Origin: Syntrophales bacterium
Lineage (GTDB): Bacteria; Desulfobacterota; Syntrophia; Syntrophales; UBA6807
DNA: 64,000 bases
Direction: 5' to 3'
Assembly (NCBI GenBank): GCA_040767195.1
Contig: JAXGPA010000001.1
Coordinates: 416,001 to 480,000, forward strand
This document shows positions 48,857-57,946 of the stretch, one piece after another. The notes beneath the pieces are model-generated. The model saw nothing but the letters and a program-made list of their open reading frames with translations, was not told where the DNA came from and made no database searches. Positions within the stretch are counted from its first letter, which is position 1. Each line of letters opens with the position of its first letter. The translations under genes were made by a program, and so were the position numbers.

Positions 48857-49645
48857 TTACTCACCTCCTCCCTGGCCGGCTTCTCCGCCGCTCGTGTCCT
48901 TCGGCCCGTGCAGAATGTAGTGCAGGAACGACCCGACCAGGACACCGCCCGTCGCCAGGAGGCTCAGAGGCTTCAACCAGTCCTTCCAGGCGACGACCGT
49001 CAGGGGAACTTTCGGCTTCTCGGGAAGCTTGGCGTACACGGAAGCCTTTTCGGGCAGTATGTAAACGAAGTGGGTTCCTCCCACGAACTTGTCCCCGTAG
49101 ACACTGGCATCGCCGCCCAGTTCCTTCGCCCGTGCCGCGGCCACCTGGAGCATCTTCTTCTTTTCTCCGAAAAGGAGTGCGCCCGTGGGGCAGGCCTTGA
49201 CACAGGCCGGGATCATGTTGTTCTCGATCCGGGACAGGCACATGTCGCACTTGGCCACCTTGTCCGTCGCCGGGTCGTACTTGGGCACCTCGAAGGGACA
49301 GGCGAAGATGCACTCCTTGCACCCGATGCACTTGTCCCGGTCGAGGCCGACCGTTCCGTATTTCGTGTAGTAAAGGGCGCCGCTGGGACAGACGGTGACG
49401 CAGCCCGCGTCGGTGCAGTGCATGCAGGCTTCGTTCCGGAAAAACCACTTGACGCCGTTTCCGTTTGACGTTTCCTGGAACCGCATGAGCATCCAGGTGT
49501 TGGGCTGAAGTTCCGGCGGGTTCTGGTAGGTACCGGTGTTTTCCGTCTGTTTCGCGGGGAGCTGATTCCACTGCTTGCAGGCAAGCTGGCATCCCCGACA
49601 GCCGGTGCATTTCGAACCATCATAGAGTTTAACGTATTCCGCCAT
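48857..49645 (-). CDS. fdnH: Formate dehydrogenase beta (4x[4Fe-4S]) subunit
   Basis: CTGCRGCQLAC, CMHCTDAGCVTVCP, CIGCKECIFACP, KCDMC..PACVKACP; C-terminal TM. Confidence 0.95.
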   Translation of the reverse strand: MAEYVKLYDGSKCTGCRGCQLACKQWNQLPAKQTENTGTYQNPPELQPNTWMLMRFQETSNGNGVKWFFRNEACMHCTDAGCVTVCPSGALYYTKYGTVGLDRDKCIGCKECIFACPFEVPKYDPATDKVAKCDMCLSRIENNMIPACVKACPTGALLFGEKKKMLQVAAARAKELGGDASVYGDKFVGGTHFVYILPEKASVYAKLPEKPKVPLTVVAWKDWLKPLSLLATGGVLVGSFLHYILHGPKDTSGGEAGQGGGE

Positions 49646-49646
49646 G

Positions 49647-52600
49647 TTACTTCACCCCCTTCTTCTCGACATTCACCATGAACGCCTTGCTCTCCGGGAT
49701 CATGGTGTTCGGGTCCCCGATAAACGGGGTCAGGAGATTGGCCGCGTCGCCAAAAGTGTAGACTTCGGGTTTCTTGTCTTCATGGGCGTATTTCCGCATG
49801 GCCGTTGTTATCCATCCGTAATGCCACGGAATACCGACCTGGTGAATGATCTGCCCGCCGATGTTGAACGGCTTGAAACGGGCCGTCACGATGGTCACCG
49901 CCTCGACTTCGCCTCTGGCCGATCTGACCGTGACCACTTCCCCGTTTTTCAACCCCTTCAACTTGGCCAGCTCCTCGCTCATTTCGACGAACATGGAGGG
50001 CTGCATCTCCGCCAGCCAGGGGCACCAGCGGGTCATGAGGCCCGTCTGCCAGTGTTCGCTCACCCGGTAGGTGGAGCAGACGAAGGGGAACCGGGGATCG
50101 CAGGTCGCCCTGAGATCGAGTTCCGACCCTTCTTCGTCCCATCGCTTGATGGTCGGGTTGATGAACTGCGGTGAAAGCAGGTTCTTGTCGATGGGGCATT
50201 CCAGGGGCTCGTAGTGTTCCGGGAACGGACCGTCTGCCAGACCTGGCCCGAAGATGCTCCCCACGCCGTCGGGTTTCATGATGAAGGGCGGACGTCCCGC
50301 ACCGGGGGCCGCTACGCCGTCGGGAACGTCGCCGACCCACTTGGAGCCGTCCCAGACGATGACGGGATGTTCCTTGTCCCAGGGCTCCCCCGTCTCGGGA
50401 TCAACGGACGCCCCGTTGTAGATGATCCGCCGGTTGACAGGCCAGCACCAGGCCCACTCGGGATAGAGGCCGATGGGCGAGTGGTCCTCGCTGTTTCTCC
50501 GGGCGGCCATGTTGCCCTTTTCGGTGTATGAATTGCAGTAGAGCCAGTTCCCCGAAGATGTCGTCCCGTCGTCCTGGAGGAAGGCGAAGCTGGGAACCAG
50601 GGTCCCCTTCTTGTACAGGACACCGTTGATTTCCTTGTCTTCGAGAAAATAGCCGTTGATGGCCTTGGCGATGGCATGGCTGTCGAGATGCCGGATTTTC
50701 CCGTCAGGCCCCATGGGACCGTAATTCCAGGTGAGTTTCGTGATCGCCTCTTTCAGCGGGCCGCCTTCCTTCTCGTAAAGCTCCTTGACCTTGAAGAAGA
50801 GCTCGCTGATGAGTTCCCCGTCGGGCAGGGCCTCTCCGGGGGGATCGACGGCCTTGTACCGCCACTGCATCCAGCGGCCGCTGTTGGTGATGCTCCCTTC
50901 CTTCTCGATGGAAGCGGCGCAGGGCAGCATGAAGACTTCCGTCTTTATCTTCGCCGGGTCCATGCCGGGACCTTTCCAGAAGGAGCCCGTCTCGTTATCG
51001 AAAATGTTGACGTTCACCATCCAGTCCAGCTTGGCCATGGCCTGTCGCGTCTTGTTGGAACTGGCGCCGCTGCAGGCGGGGTTCTGACCCCAGGCGAAAA
51101 AGCCGGTGAATTCGGACTTGTACATGGCGTCGAAAAGACTGAGCCAGGAATAGTTCTTGCCGTCGTCGAGCTTGGGCAGATAGACGTAGGCCTCCTCGGG
51201 GGTGGCGTTCATACCGTAGAATTCCCTGAGAAGGCTCGTGATGTACTTGGGATAATTTTTCCACCAGTTGAGGCTCTTGGGCTCCGACGTCGTCGGCGGA
51301 ACCTTCTCGATGTATTCCTTCAGGGTGGGGATCGACGCCGTCGGGTTCTTGAGGTAACCGGGCAGAATGTGGAAGAGAAGGCACTGGTCCGTCGACCCCT
51401 GGACGTTGGACTCGCCCCGGAGCGCGTTCACGCCGCCGCCGGCGACGCCCATGTTGGCCAGAAGCATCTGGATGATGGACATGGTCCGGATGTTCTGGAC
51501 GCCCACCGTGTGCTGGGTCCAGCCCATGGCGTACATGATGGTCCCCGCCTTGCCTTTTTCTCCCGTTTTGGCATAGGCCTTGTAGACCTCCACCAGTTTG
51601 TCCTTGGGAGTCCCCGTAATCTCGGAAACGATCTCCAGGCTGTACCGGTCGTAGTGCTTCTTCAGAAGCTGGAACACGCAGTTGGGGTCCTGGAGGGACA
51701 TGTCCTTGACGATGACGCCGTCGGCTCCCTTCTGGAAAGCCCAGGTGGACTTGTTGTATTTCGTCCCCTCGAGACCGGAGAAGACCCCGTCATTTTCCCC
51801 GGGAAGCTTGAAATCGGGACCCACGAGGAAAGGGGCGTTGGTGTAGTACTTGACATATTTTTCGTTGTAAAGATTGTTTTCGATGATGTACTTGATCATG
51901 CCGCCGAGGAAGGCGATGTCCGTCCCCGACCTGAGGGGGGCATACATGTGGGCCCTCGCGGAGGTCTGGGTGAACCGGGGATCGACACTGATCAGGGTCG
52001 CCCCCTTGTCCATGGCCTTCTGGACGTACTTGAAGGATATGGGATGGTTGGAAGCGGGATTGCTTCCCATGGCCAGGATACAGTCACTGAACTGAATGTC
52101 GATCCAGTGATTCGTCATCGCGCCGCGTCCGAACGACTCTGCCAGAGCCGCAACCGTGGCGCTGTGTCATATCCGGGCCTGATGCTCGATGTAGACAAGG
52201 CCAAGGGACCGGAGAAACTTCTGGTAGATGAAGCACTCCTCGTTGTCCATGGCGGCGCTGCCCACGGAGGCGATACCGTTGGTCCTATTCACCGTCTGGC
52301 CCTTGGCGTTCGTCTCCGTGAAGCTCTTGTCCCGGCTCGCCTTGATCCGCTTGGCGATCTCGTCGAGAGCCCACTCCATGGACACTTCCTGCCAATCGGT
52401 GGCATAAGGCGCCCGGTAGAGCGGCTTATCGAGCCTGTTCTTGTTGTTCGCGGAAATCTGATAGATGGACCCGCCCTTGCTGCACAGGGAGCCCCGGTTG
52501 ATGGGGTGGTCGGGATCCCCTTCCGTGTTGACGACCTTCCCGCCCCGCGCGGACACGATGATCCCGCATCCCACGGAACAATAGGGGCAGATCGTGGTGG

Positions 52601-52727
52601 TTTCCCTGGCGTACTGGATCTTGAGCGGCTGCGCGTGGGCCGCCACGGGCTTCAGGTTGATTCCGAGCCCACCCGACACCAGTGCAGCGCTCGAGACTTT
52701 GAGGAAACCTCTCCTCGTTACCTCCAT
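49647..52727 (-). CDS. fdnG: Selenocysteine-containing formate dehydrogenase alpha subunit (Tat-exported), 1026 aa with UGA readthrough
   Basis: TRRGFLK Tat motif, CPYCSVGC, in-frame TGA at 52167-52169 in EHQARI-U-HSATVAALAESFGRGAMTNHW, continuous with the 823-aa ORF; LRGESNVQG. Confidence 0.96.
52141..52166 (-). promoter_or_regulatory. Putative bacterial SECIS element 3' of the fdnG UGA
   Basis: UGA-CACAGC-GCCACGGUUGCGGCUCUGGC: GCCA/UGGC stem with a GU-rich apical part immediately downstream of the UGA. Confidence 0.65.
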
Positions 52728-52765
52728 ATCGATGCGCTCCTTTCTCTGGATTTGAGACCCTTATG

Positions 52766-52869
52766 GCTATCTCCTTTCCAAGCACGGGAGGCGCAACCGT
52801 TTCCGGCGGCACCCAATGTCCATCCCTCATGAAGCGGAAGCTCTTTAGAGAAGATGGATCGGAGAGGGC
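52766..52869 (-). ncRNA. Moco RNA motif riboswitch (P3-less, tungsten-cofactor-type variant)
   Basis: Minus strand TCTCCGA-[TCCATC..CTAAA..GATGGA]-CATT-GGGTG-CCGCCGGAAACGGTTG-CGCCT-CCCGTGCTTGGAAAGGAGA matches the Moco motif core (GGAAAC loop, GCCTCCCGT..TGGAAAGGAG). Confidence 0.85.
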
Positions 52870-52941
52870 ATCCTTGTGAATTTTTAATTACATGCAAAGA
52901 ACGGAAAAATTAAAGACGCAGGTGACCCTTTGAAGCATTTA

Positions 52942-52970
52942 CTCATAGCGGTTCCGTGTTTTTCTGTCAA
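52942..52970 (-). promoter_or_regulatory. Putative sigma70 promoter of the fdn operon
   Basis: Minus strand TTGACA-17 nt-TATGAG upstream of the riboswitch. Confidence 0.55.
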
Positions 52971-53008
52971 GACTTTTTTCCCGATGACCGACTTTCCGGG
53001 GAGGCGGT

Positions 53009-53482
53009 TCACGGGGCCGTCCAGGCGGCTCCAAACACCCGGGACAGCGCCTCTTCCTCCGGTAACCCTCTGTCCCGCTCGGCCCAGTAGGCCTCAATCC
53101 GGTCGATGAGAACCAGGGCCTGCAGGGGGGTCATTTTTTCAAGCTTTTCCGACAGGAAGGGCACGTCGATCCCCTGGTCCCGGCCCAGTTTTTCGTATTT
53201 CTCCACATCCTCCAGGTCCCAGGCGAGAAAGGACGGCCATCGGTCGAACCGGTTCGGGTCGTACCGGGCGTTCCGAAGGGCGTCGCAAAGGAGAACCGTT
53301 TCGTCGGGGGAGAAAAGCCCCGCCAGGGACGGCCACACCCACCGGAGCGCAGCTTCGTAACGGGCGAGGTCCCGCAGCAACAGGGCCTGCTGCTTCCGTT
53401 CCTCTCCCCCACCTTCCATTCGCCTTCGCGCCCCCTCCTCCAGGGAAACAATCCCGGAACGGTCCTCTTTTTTTGCACCCAT
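53009..53482 (-). CDS. Hypothetical all-helical protein
   Basis: 157-aa ORF with a good SD (GAGGAGGA); no named family recognised. Confidence 0.7.
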   Translation of the reverse strand: MGAKKEDRSGIVSLEEGARRRMEGGGEERKQQALLLRDLARYEAALRWVWPSLAGLFSPDETVLLCDALRNARYDPNRFDRWPSFLAWDLEDVEKYEKLGRDQGIDVPFLSEKLEKMTPLQALVLIDRIEAYWAERDRGLPEEEALSRVFGAAWTAP

Positions 53483-53498
53483 GACAATCCTCCTCTTT

Positions 53499-54203
53499 TC
53501 AGCGAAAGATATTGTACTTCAGGATGCACCAGATCGCCCGGCACCCGTCTTTCCAGTTGATCTTCTTGCCCTCGGCATAGGTCCTGCCGTAGTAGGAGAT
53601 GGGAACCTCATAAATGCGCAAGTGTTTTTTGGCGGCGATCTTGGCGGTGATCTCGGGCTCGAACCCGAAGCGGTTCTCTTCGATGACGATCCCCTCCAGG
53701 GCTTCCCGCCGGAAGGCCTTGTAGCACGTTTCCATGTCCGTCAGGTTGATGTTGGTGAACATGTTGGAGAGAAGGGTGAGGAACCTGTTCCCCACGTAAT
53801 GCCAGAAATAGATGACCCGATGGGCGCCGTGCCCCCCGAATCGGGACCCGTAAACGACATCGGCCCGGTCCTCCAGAATGGGCTGAAGAAGCACGGCATA
53901 CTCCCGGGGGTCATACTCCAGGTCCGCGTCCTGAATGAGAACGACATCCCCCTTCGTCTCGCCGAACCCCGTCTGGAGCGCCGCGCCCTTCCCCCGGTTT
54001 TTCTCATGAAAGAGGACCCGTACCTGAGGATGATCGTATGCCTTCAGAAATGCCCGGGTTCCGTCCACGGATCCGTCATCGACGACCAGAAGTTCCTTTT
54101 CATAGGGCGCGGCCAGAACGGCTTCGAGCACTTTACCGATGGTGTCCGCCTCGTTATACGCGGGAATGACCACCGACAGCAGAAAATCCTTTTTTTTCAT
54201 CAT
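53499..54203 (-). CDS. GT2 glycosyltransferase (polyprenol-phosphate mannosyltransferase-like)
   Basis: SVVIPAYNE, VDDGSVDGT, QDADLEYDP, TDMETCYK, EVPISY. Confidence 0.93.
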   Translation of the reverse strand: MMKKKDFLLSVVIPAYNEADTIGKVLEAVLAAPYEKELLVVDDGSVDGTRAFLKAYDHPQVRVLFHEKNRGKGAALQTGFGETKGDVVLIQDADLEYDPREYAVLLQPILEDRADVVYGSRFGGHGAHRVIYFWHYVGNRFLTLLSNMFTNINLTDMETCYKAFRREALEGIVIEENRFGFEPEITAKIAAKKHLRIYEVPISYYGRTYAEGKKINWKDGCRAIWCILKYNIFR

Positions 54204-54507
54204 GTCCTCCGGCATTCCCTGATTCCCGCGCCCCATTCACACCCGTTCCGCTTCTTCCGCGGGGAAGCCTTTACCGCACCGGTGCCGGATCGTATAAGAA
54301 ACGGGAAAGATTATCCGGCTGGCGCGGGTAACCCGGGATTACAAACGATCATGGCCGTGTGAAACACGGGGAACCCTTAAACAATCTGTGAAGGCTGTCG
54401 CGAAACCAGATCAGGGAGTTGTTTTAACGTTGCTCACGTGACCGGTTCCGGTGATGAGACGGTTTTCACCCCGGTTCCCGGTGAATGCCGGGAGGCCTTT
54501 CCGCGTA

Positions 54508-55173
54508 CTATGACAGAATGACGGATTTACGCTTTTTCTGGTGCTGCCCGACAACGACGCCGATGAGGAGCCCGCACAGAAGAACGAGCGCCCCCGTCAG
54601 AAACCAGCGTGTCTGCCGGGAAGAAGCCAGTTCGTCGTGTTCCCGGAGAAGCGCCTCGTGCTCCCTTTCCAGCTGGTCCAGCCGGGCCTTCGCTTCCCGG
54701 TATGTTTTCTCGAGGGCCAGGTACCCCGTTGCCCCCTTTTTCAGGGCCTCGTATTCCTTCTGGAGACGATCCAGGTCCCCCCGGGTCTTCTCCAGGTCCT
54801 CCTTCAGGCTTTTTTCCCGGGCAAGGGCCGTCTGGTACTCCTTTTCCAGGCGGGGAACCTTTTCCTTGAGTTCGGCGTTGGTCCGGCTCAACTCCTTCAC
54901 CTGCACAGACCACGGAAGCCTGTTTCTCAGGAGGTGGCGGGTCAGGATCCACCCTTCCTGTCCCGTATTGACCCGAACACGGCTCCAGTCCTCCTGAAGT
55001 TGAAGGATCTCAACGGCCTGACCTGAATATGGCATGGCGATGATCTTGTATTCCACGCCCGGCCCAACCCGCAGGGTCACTTGCATGGCATCGGTTACGT
55101 AGGCGGTTTCGGCCCCTGCGGCGGATGCCGTGAAGAGAAGAAGGATGAGGATGAGAAGGACCTTTTTTTTCAT
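54508..55173 (-). CDS. SH3-domain protein (YgiM/TIGR04211-like)
   Basis: Signal peptide, ETAYVTD..LRVGPG SH3b, coiled coil, WFLTGA C-terminal TM. Confidence 0.85.
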   Translation of the reverse strand: MKKKVLLILILLLFTASAAGAETAYVTDAMQVTLRVGPGVEYKIIAMPYSGQAVEILQLQEDWSRVRVNTGQEGWILTRHLLRNRLPWSVQVKELSRTNAELKEKVPRLEKEYQTALAREKSLKEDLEKTRGDLDRLQKEYEALKKGATGYLALEKTYREAKARLDQLEREHEALLREHDELASSRQTRWFLTGALVLLCGLLIGVVVGQHQKKRKSVILS

Positions 55174-55302
55174 GGAATCTCCTTTTTTTCGTCGTTCATC
55201 CGGTAAAGATGAGACCTCTGGAATCTGAAAACCGACCGTCGTTCAACGTCCGGGAAATCTCGAACCGCCATCCACCCGCCGCGGTCGACGGCTTTCGAGA
55301 TG

Positions 55303-57912
55303 TCACATGAAACGGAAAATCTGCGACCTGAGAGCTTCCAGGCCGGTCTTTTCGTCATTGAGGGTGAACACCGGGTTGTCTCCCCGGGCGCCCGAAATAT
55401 ACTCGGGGAGGACAACCTCCCCGTCGACAAGAAACCGCAAGGCGTTTTTGTAATTGGGAACGGAAAGGGCCTCGGTCTTTGAAATCTCCCCCTTCTTGTA
55501 CATCTTTGTTCCAAGTTTCTGCAAGGCTTTCAGGAAATCCTTTTCCCCTTTCTTCCGCCCCCGGAGGACCGTCGCGCCACGGAGGGCGATCCAGTATGAT
55601 TCGATGTAATTGTGGATGAGGCCGTAATACGGGACGAGGCCGAGCCTCCCTTTGCCCTTGACCTCGATCCAGGGGGCCTCCGGATCGTCGAGATGGCCTT
55701 CTATCATCCTGCTGTCATGAATGTAGGCTAAAACGTCGTTGACCTCATCGGCGTCGTCCACGGCGTCGTCAAATATGAACTCGTGGCGGAACATGCGCTT
55801 GAAAAAGCGGTAATCCTCCAGGATCTTCTGAAGCGAAACGCGGTCTTCCGTCGCGGACAGGATGGAGGCGGCGACAAAGGCCAGGGGAATGAAGAAGTGG
55901 AGGATGTTGTTCTTGTAATATTCGAGGTTCATCCTCTTGTCCTCGTCCACGGAATAAACCGTCTCGCTCAGCTCCTCCATCTCTTCCTCCTCCTCCGGTC
56001 CCATCCTGGAAATGAGCCCCAGGGACTCGAACCGGGCCAGGGCATCGATGACGGCTTTTTCCCGGTGGACGAAGGTGGAGGCGAATTTCGCCCCCCGACG
56101 GGTCAGGTAATCGTAAAATTCGGCGACCATGGACATGAAGTCCACGTGGGAAACACCCCGTCGGAAATGGGCCAGAAGCGCCGAGGCCGCCAGCGAAAAG
56201 GGGGTGACCACGGTCACCCGGTTGATCCGCGAGGCGATATCGTAGCTGATCTTCCGATAGAAGGCCCGGCGGTCCTCCGTGTCCATCCCTTCGAAGGGCC
56301 CCTCCTGGGAAGCCAGGTAATCCCTCAAAAAAATGGGCTCGGCGATGTTGAGATAGACGCTCCCGTAGCGCTTTCTCAGGATCTTCCGGCTCCGGAAAAG
56401 GCCTTTCGTGTTTTCCGCGACTTTTGACTCCCCGCCGATTTCCCTCAGGTAGGATTTTTCCTCGATGACCCGGTCATACCCGATGTATGCCGGTATGAGG
56501 GCCAGGTTTTCGCACGCCCCTTCCCGGTAGGCCTGAATAACCATGGAGATGAGGCCGTACTTGGGCATGACCATTTTACCCGTGCGGCTTCGCCCGCCCT
56601 CGATGAAGAATTCGATGGGATAACCTTCCTCCAGGAGAACTTTCAGATACCGTGAGAACACCTCGGGATAGAGGAGGTCCCCCTTGAAACTCCTGCGGAT
56701 GAAGAAAGCGCCCGACCTCCTGAAGATGTGACCCAGGGGCCAGAACATGAGGTTCGTTCCCGCGGCGATGAAGGGAAGCTGGATGTTGTTGTGATAGAAG
56801 ACATAGGAGAGAAAGAGGTAGTCGATGTGGCTCCGGTGGCAGGGAATGACCACGAAGGGCATTCTCTTCGACACGGCCCGCATCCGGGCGAGGCCCTCGC
56901 GATCGATGACCACCCCGTCGTAGATGTCGTGCCAGAGCCAGGTGAGGAACTTGTCCCAGAGGCCCGTGTAGACCTCGTTGTAATCGGAGGCGATCTCGTA
57001 GAGAAATTTCTTCGACTGCTGGACGAGGTCCTGGACGTCCCGCCCTTCGCTTTCCGCAAGGTCCCGGATAAAGGAGATAAACTCGGGTTCCCGGAGGATC
57101 TTGCCGATGAGCTCTTCCCTGGACTTGAGAACGGGACCCACGATGGAACGCTTTTCCTCGTTGATACCCTCGATGAGGCGCCTTCTCAGCAGATAGGAGG
57201 CGGTTTCGGCGGTACGGCTTCTGTTACTTTCCAGGAACGCCTGGAGATCGACGGGCTCCGAGGCGACCACGAAGGCCTTTTTCGAAAAGCGGAAAAAATT
57301 GACGGTCCGCCTGAGCGGTCCCGGGTTCTCCACGTCTCCGAAAAGGAGGTCCCACAGGGTCTTGTCCTTTTTCTCCCTCCGCCGCCCGTACGAAACCAGG
57401 ACGGGAACGATGAATATCGGGTGGGCCAGGTCCTTCTGCTTGTCCATGAGTTGGAGGAGGGGGTCCCGGACCCAGCGGCTGCCGAAAAACTCGGAACCCC
57501 GGAGATAAATGACGGCGCTTTCCTTCCCTTCCACGATTCTTCCCAGGTACCCCAGGCGATCGGGATTGTGAAAAGGGCGGGTTAAAAAAGAGCGGACGGC
57601 CTTGAGGAAGGGCTGCCAGAGCATCATGTTGACCCCGTGGCTGTAAACGGGAACGGGAAGTTCCGTCCGCTCCGTCAGGTTTTCAAGAATAAGCGTGTTG
57701 ATCTGGCTCCTGTTCTTGAGGCCGTAAATCACCGTCCCCTTCCGGGCGAGATCCCGGATTTCCGCCGCCGACTCGTCGGCGATCCGGACCCGGTCGAGGA
57801 TTCGCCTCAGCAGGAAAAAGAAAAGAGAGCGTGTTTTTTTCGGATAGAGGGTCCCGCTGTAGGATTCGCGGAACCGGTTTCCCAGAGCGTCAAAAAAGGA
57901 CCGCAAGCCCAT
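55303..57912 (-). CDS. plsB: Glycerol-3-phosphate acyltransferase PlsB-like
   Basis: CHRSHIDY (HX4D), GAFFIRR, FFIEGGRSRTG. Confidence 0.88.
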   Translation of the reverse strand: MGLRSFFDALGNRFRESYSGTLYPKKTRSLFFFLLRRILDRVRIADESAAEIRDLARKGTVIYGLKNRSQINTLILENLTERTELPVPVYSHGVNMMLWQPFLKAVRSFLTRPFHNPDRLGYLGRIVEGKESAVIYLRGSEFFGSRWVRDPLLQLMDKQKDLAHPIFIVPVLVSYGRRREKKDKTLWDLLFGDVENPGPLRRTVNFFRFSKKAFVVASEPVDLQAFLESNRSRTAETASYLLRRRLIEGINEEKRSIVGPVLKSREELIGKILREPEFISFIRDLAESEGRDVQDLVQQSKKFLYEIASDYNEVYTGLWDKFLTWLWHDIYDGVVIDREGLARMRAVSKRMPFVVIPCHRSHIDYLFLSYVFYHNNIQLPFIAAGTNLMFWPLGHIFRRSGAFFIRRSFKGDLLYPEVFSRYLKVLLEEGYPIEFFIEGGRSRTGKMVMPKYGLISMVIQAYREGACENLALIPAYIGYDRVIEEKSYLREIGGESKVAENTKGLFRSRKILRKRYGSVYLNIAEPIFLRDYLASQEGPFEGMDTEDRRAFYRKISYDIASRINRVTVVTPFSLAASALLAHFRRGVSHVDFMSMVAEFYDYLTRRGAKFASTFVHREKAVIDALARFESLGLISRMGPEEEEEMEELSETVYSVDEDKRMNLEYYKNNILHFFIPLAFVAASILSATEDRVSLQKILEDYRFFKRMFRHEFIFDDAVDDADEVNDVLAYIHDSRMIEGHLDDPEAPWIEVKGKGRLGLVPYYGLIHNYIESYWIALRGATVLRGRKKGEKDFLKALQKLGTKMYKKGEISKTEALSVPNYKNALRFLVDGEVVLPEYISGARGDNPVFTLNDEKTGLEALRSQIFRFM

Positions 57913-57946
57913 GGTTCATCCCGGATTACAGGAAATGGAAAAATTT

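Noticed and set aside
52167..52169. fdnG as a nonsense-disrupted pseudogene
   Set aside because: The TGA is at the canonical Sec position, the frame continues, a SECIS-like hairpin follows and selB is present
52874..52892. Rex operator in the fdn leader (TTGTGAATTTTTAATTACA)
   Set aside because: Only the left half matches TTGTGAA-N4-TTCACAA; too weak to call
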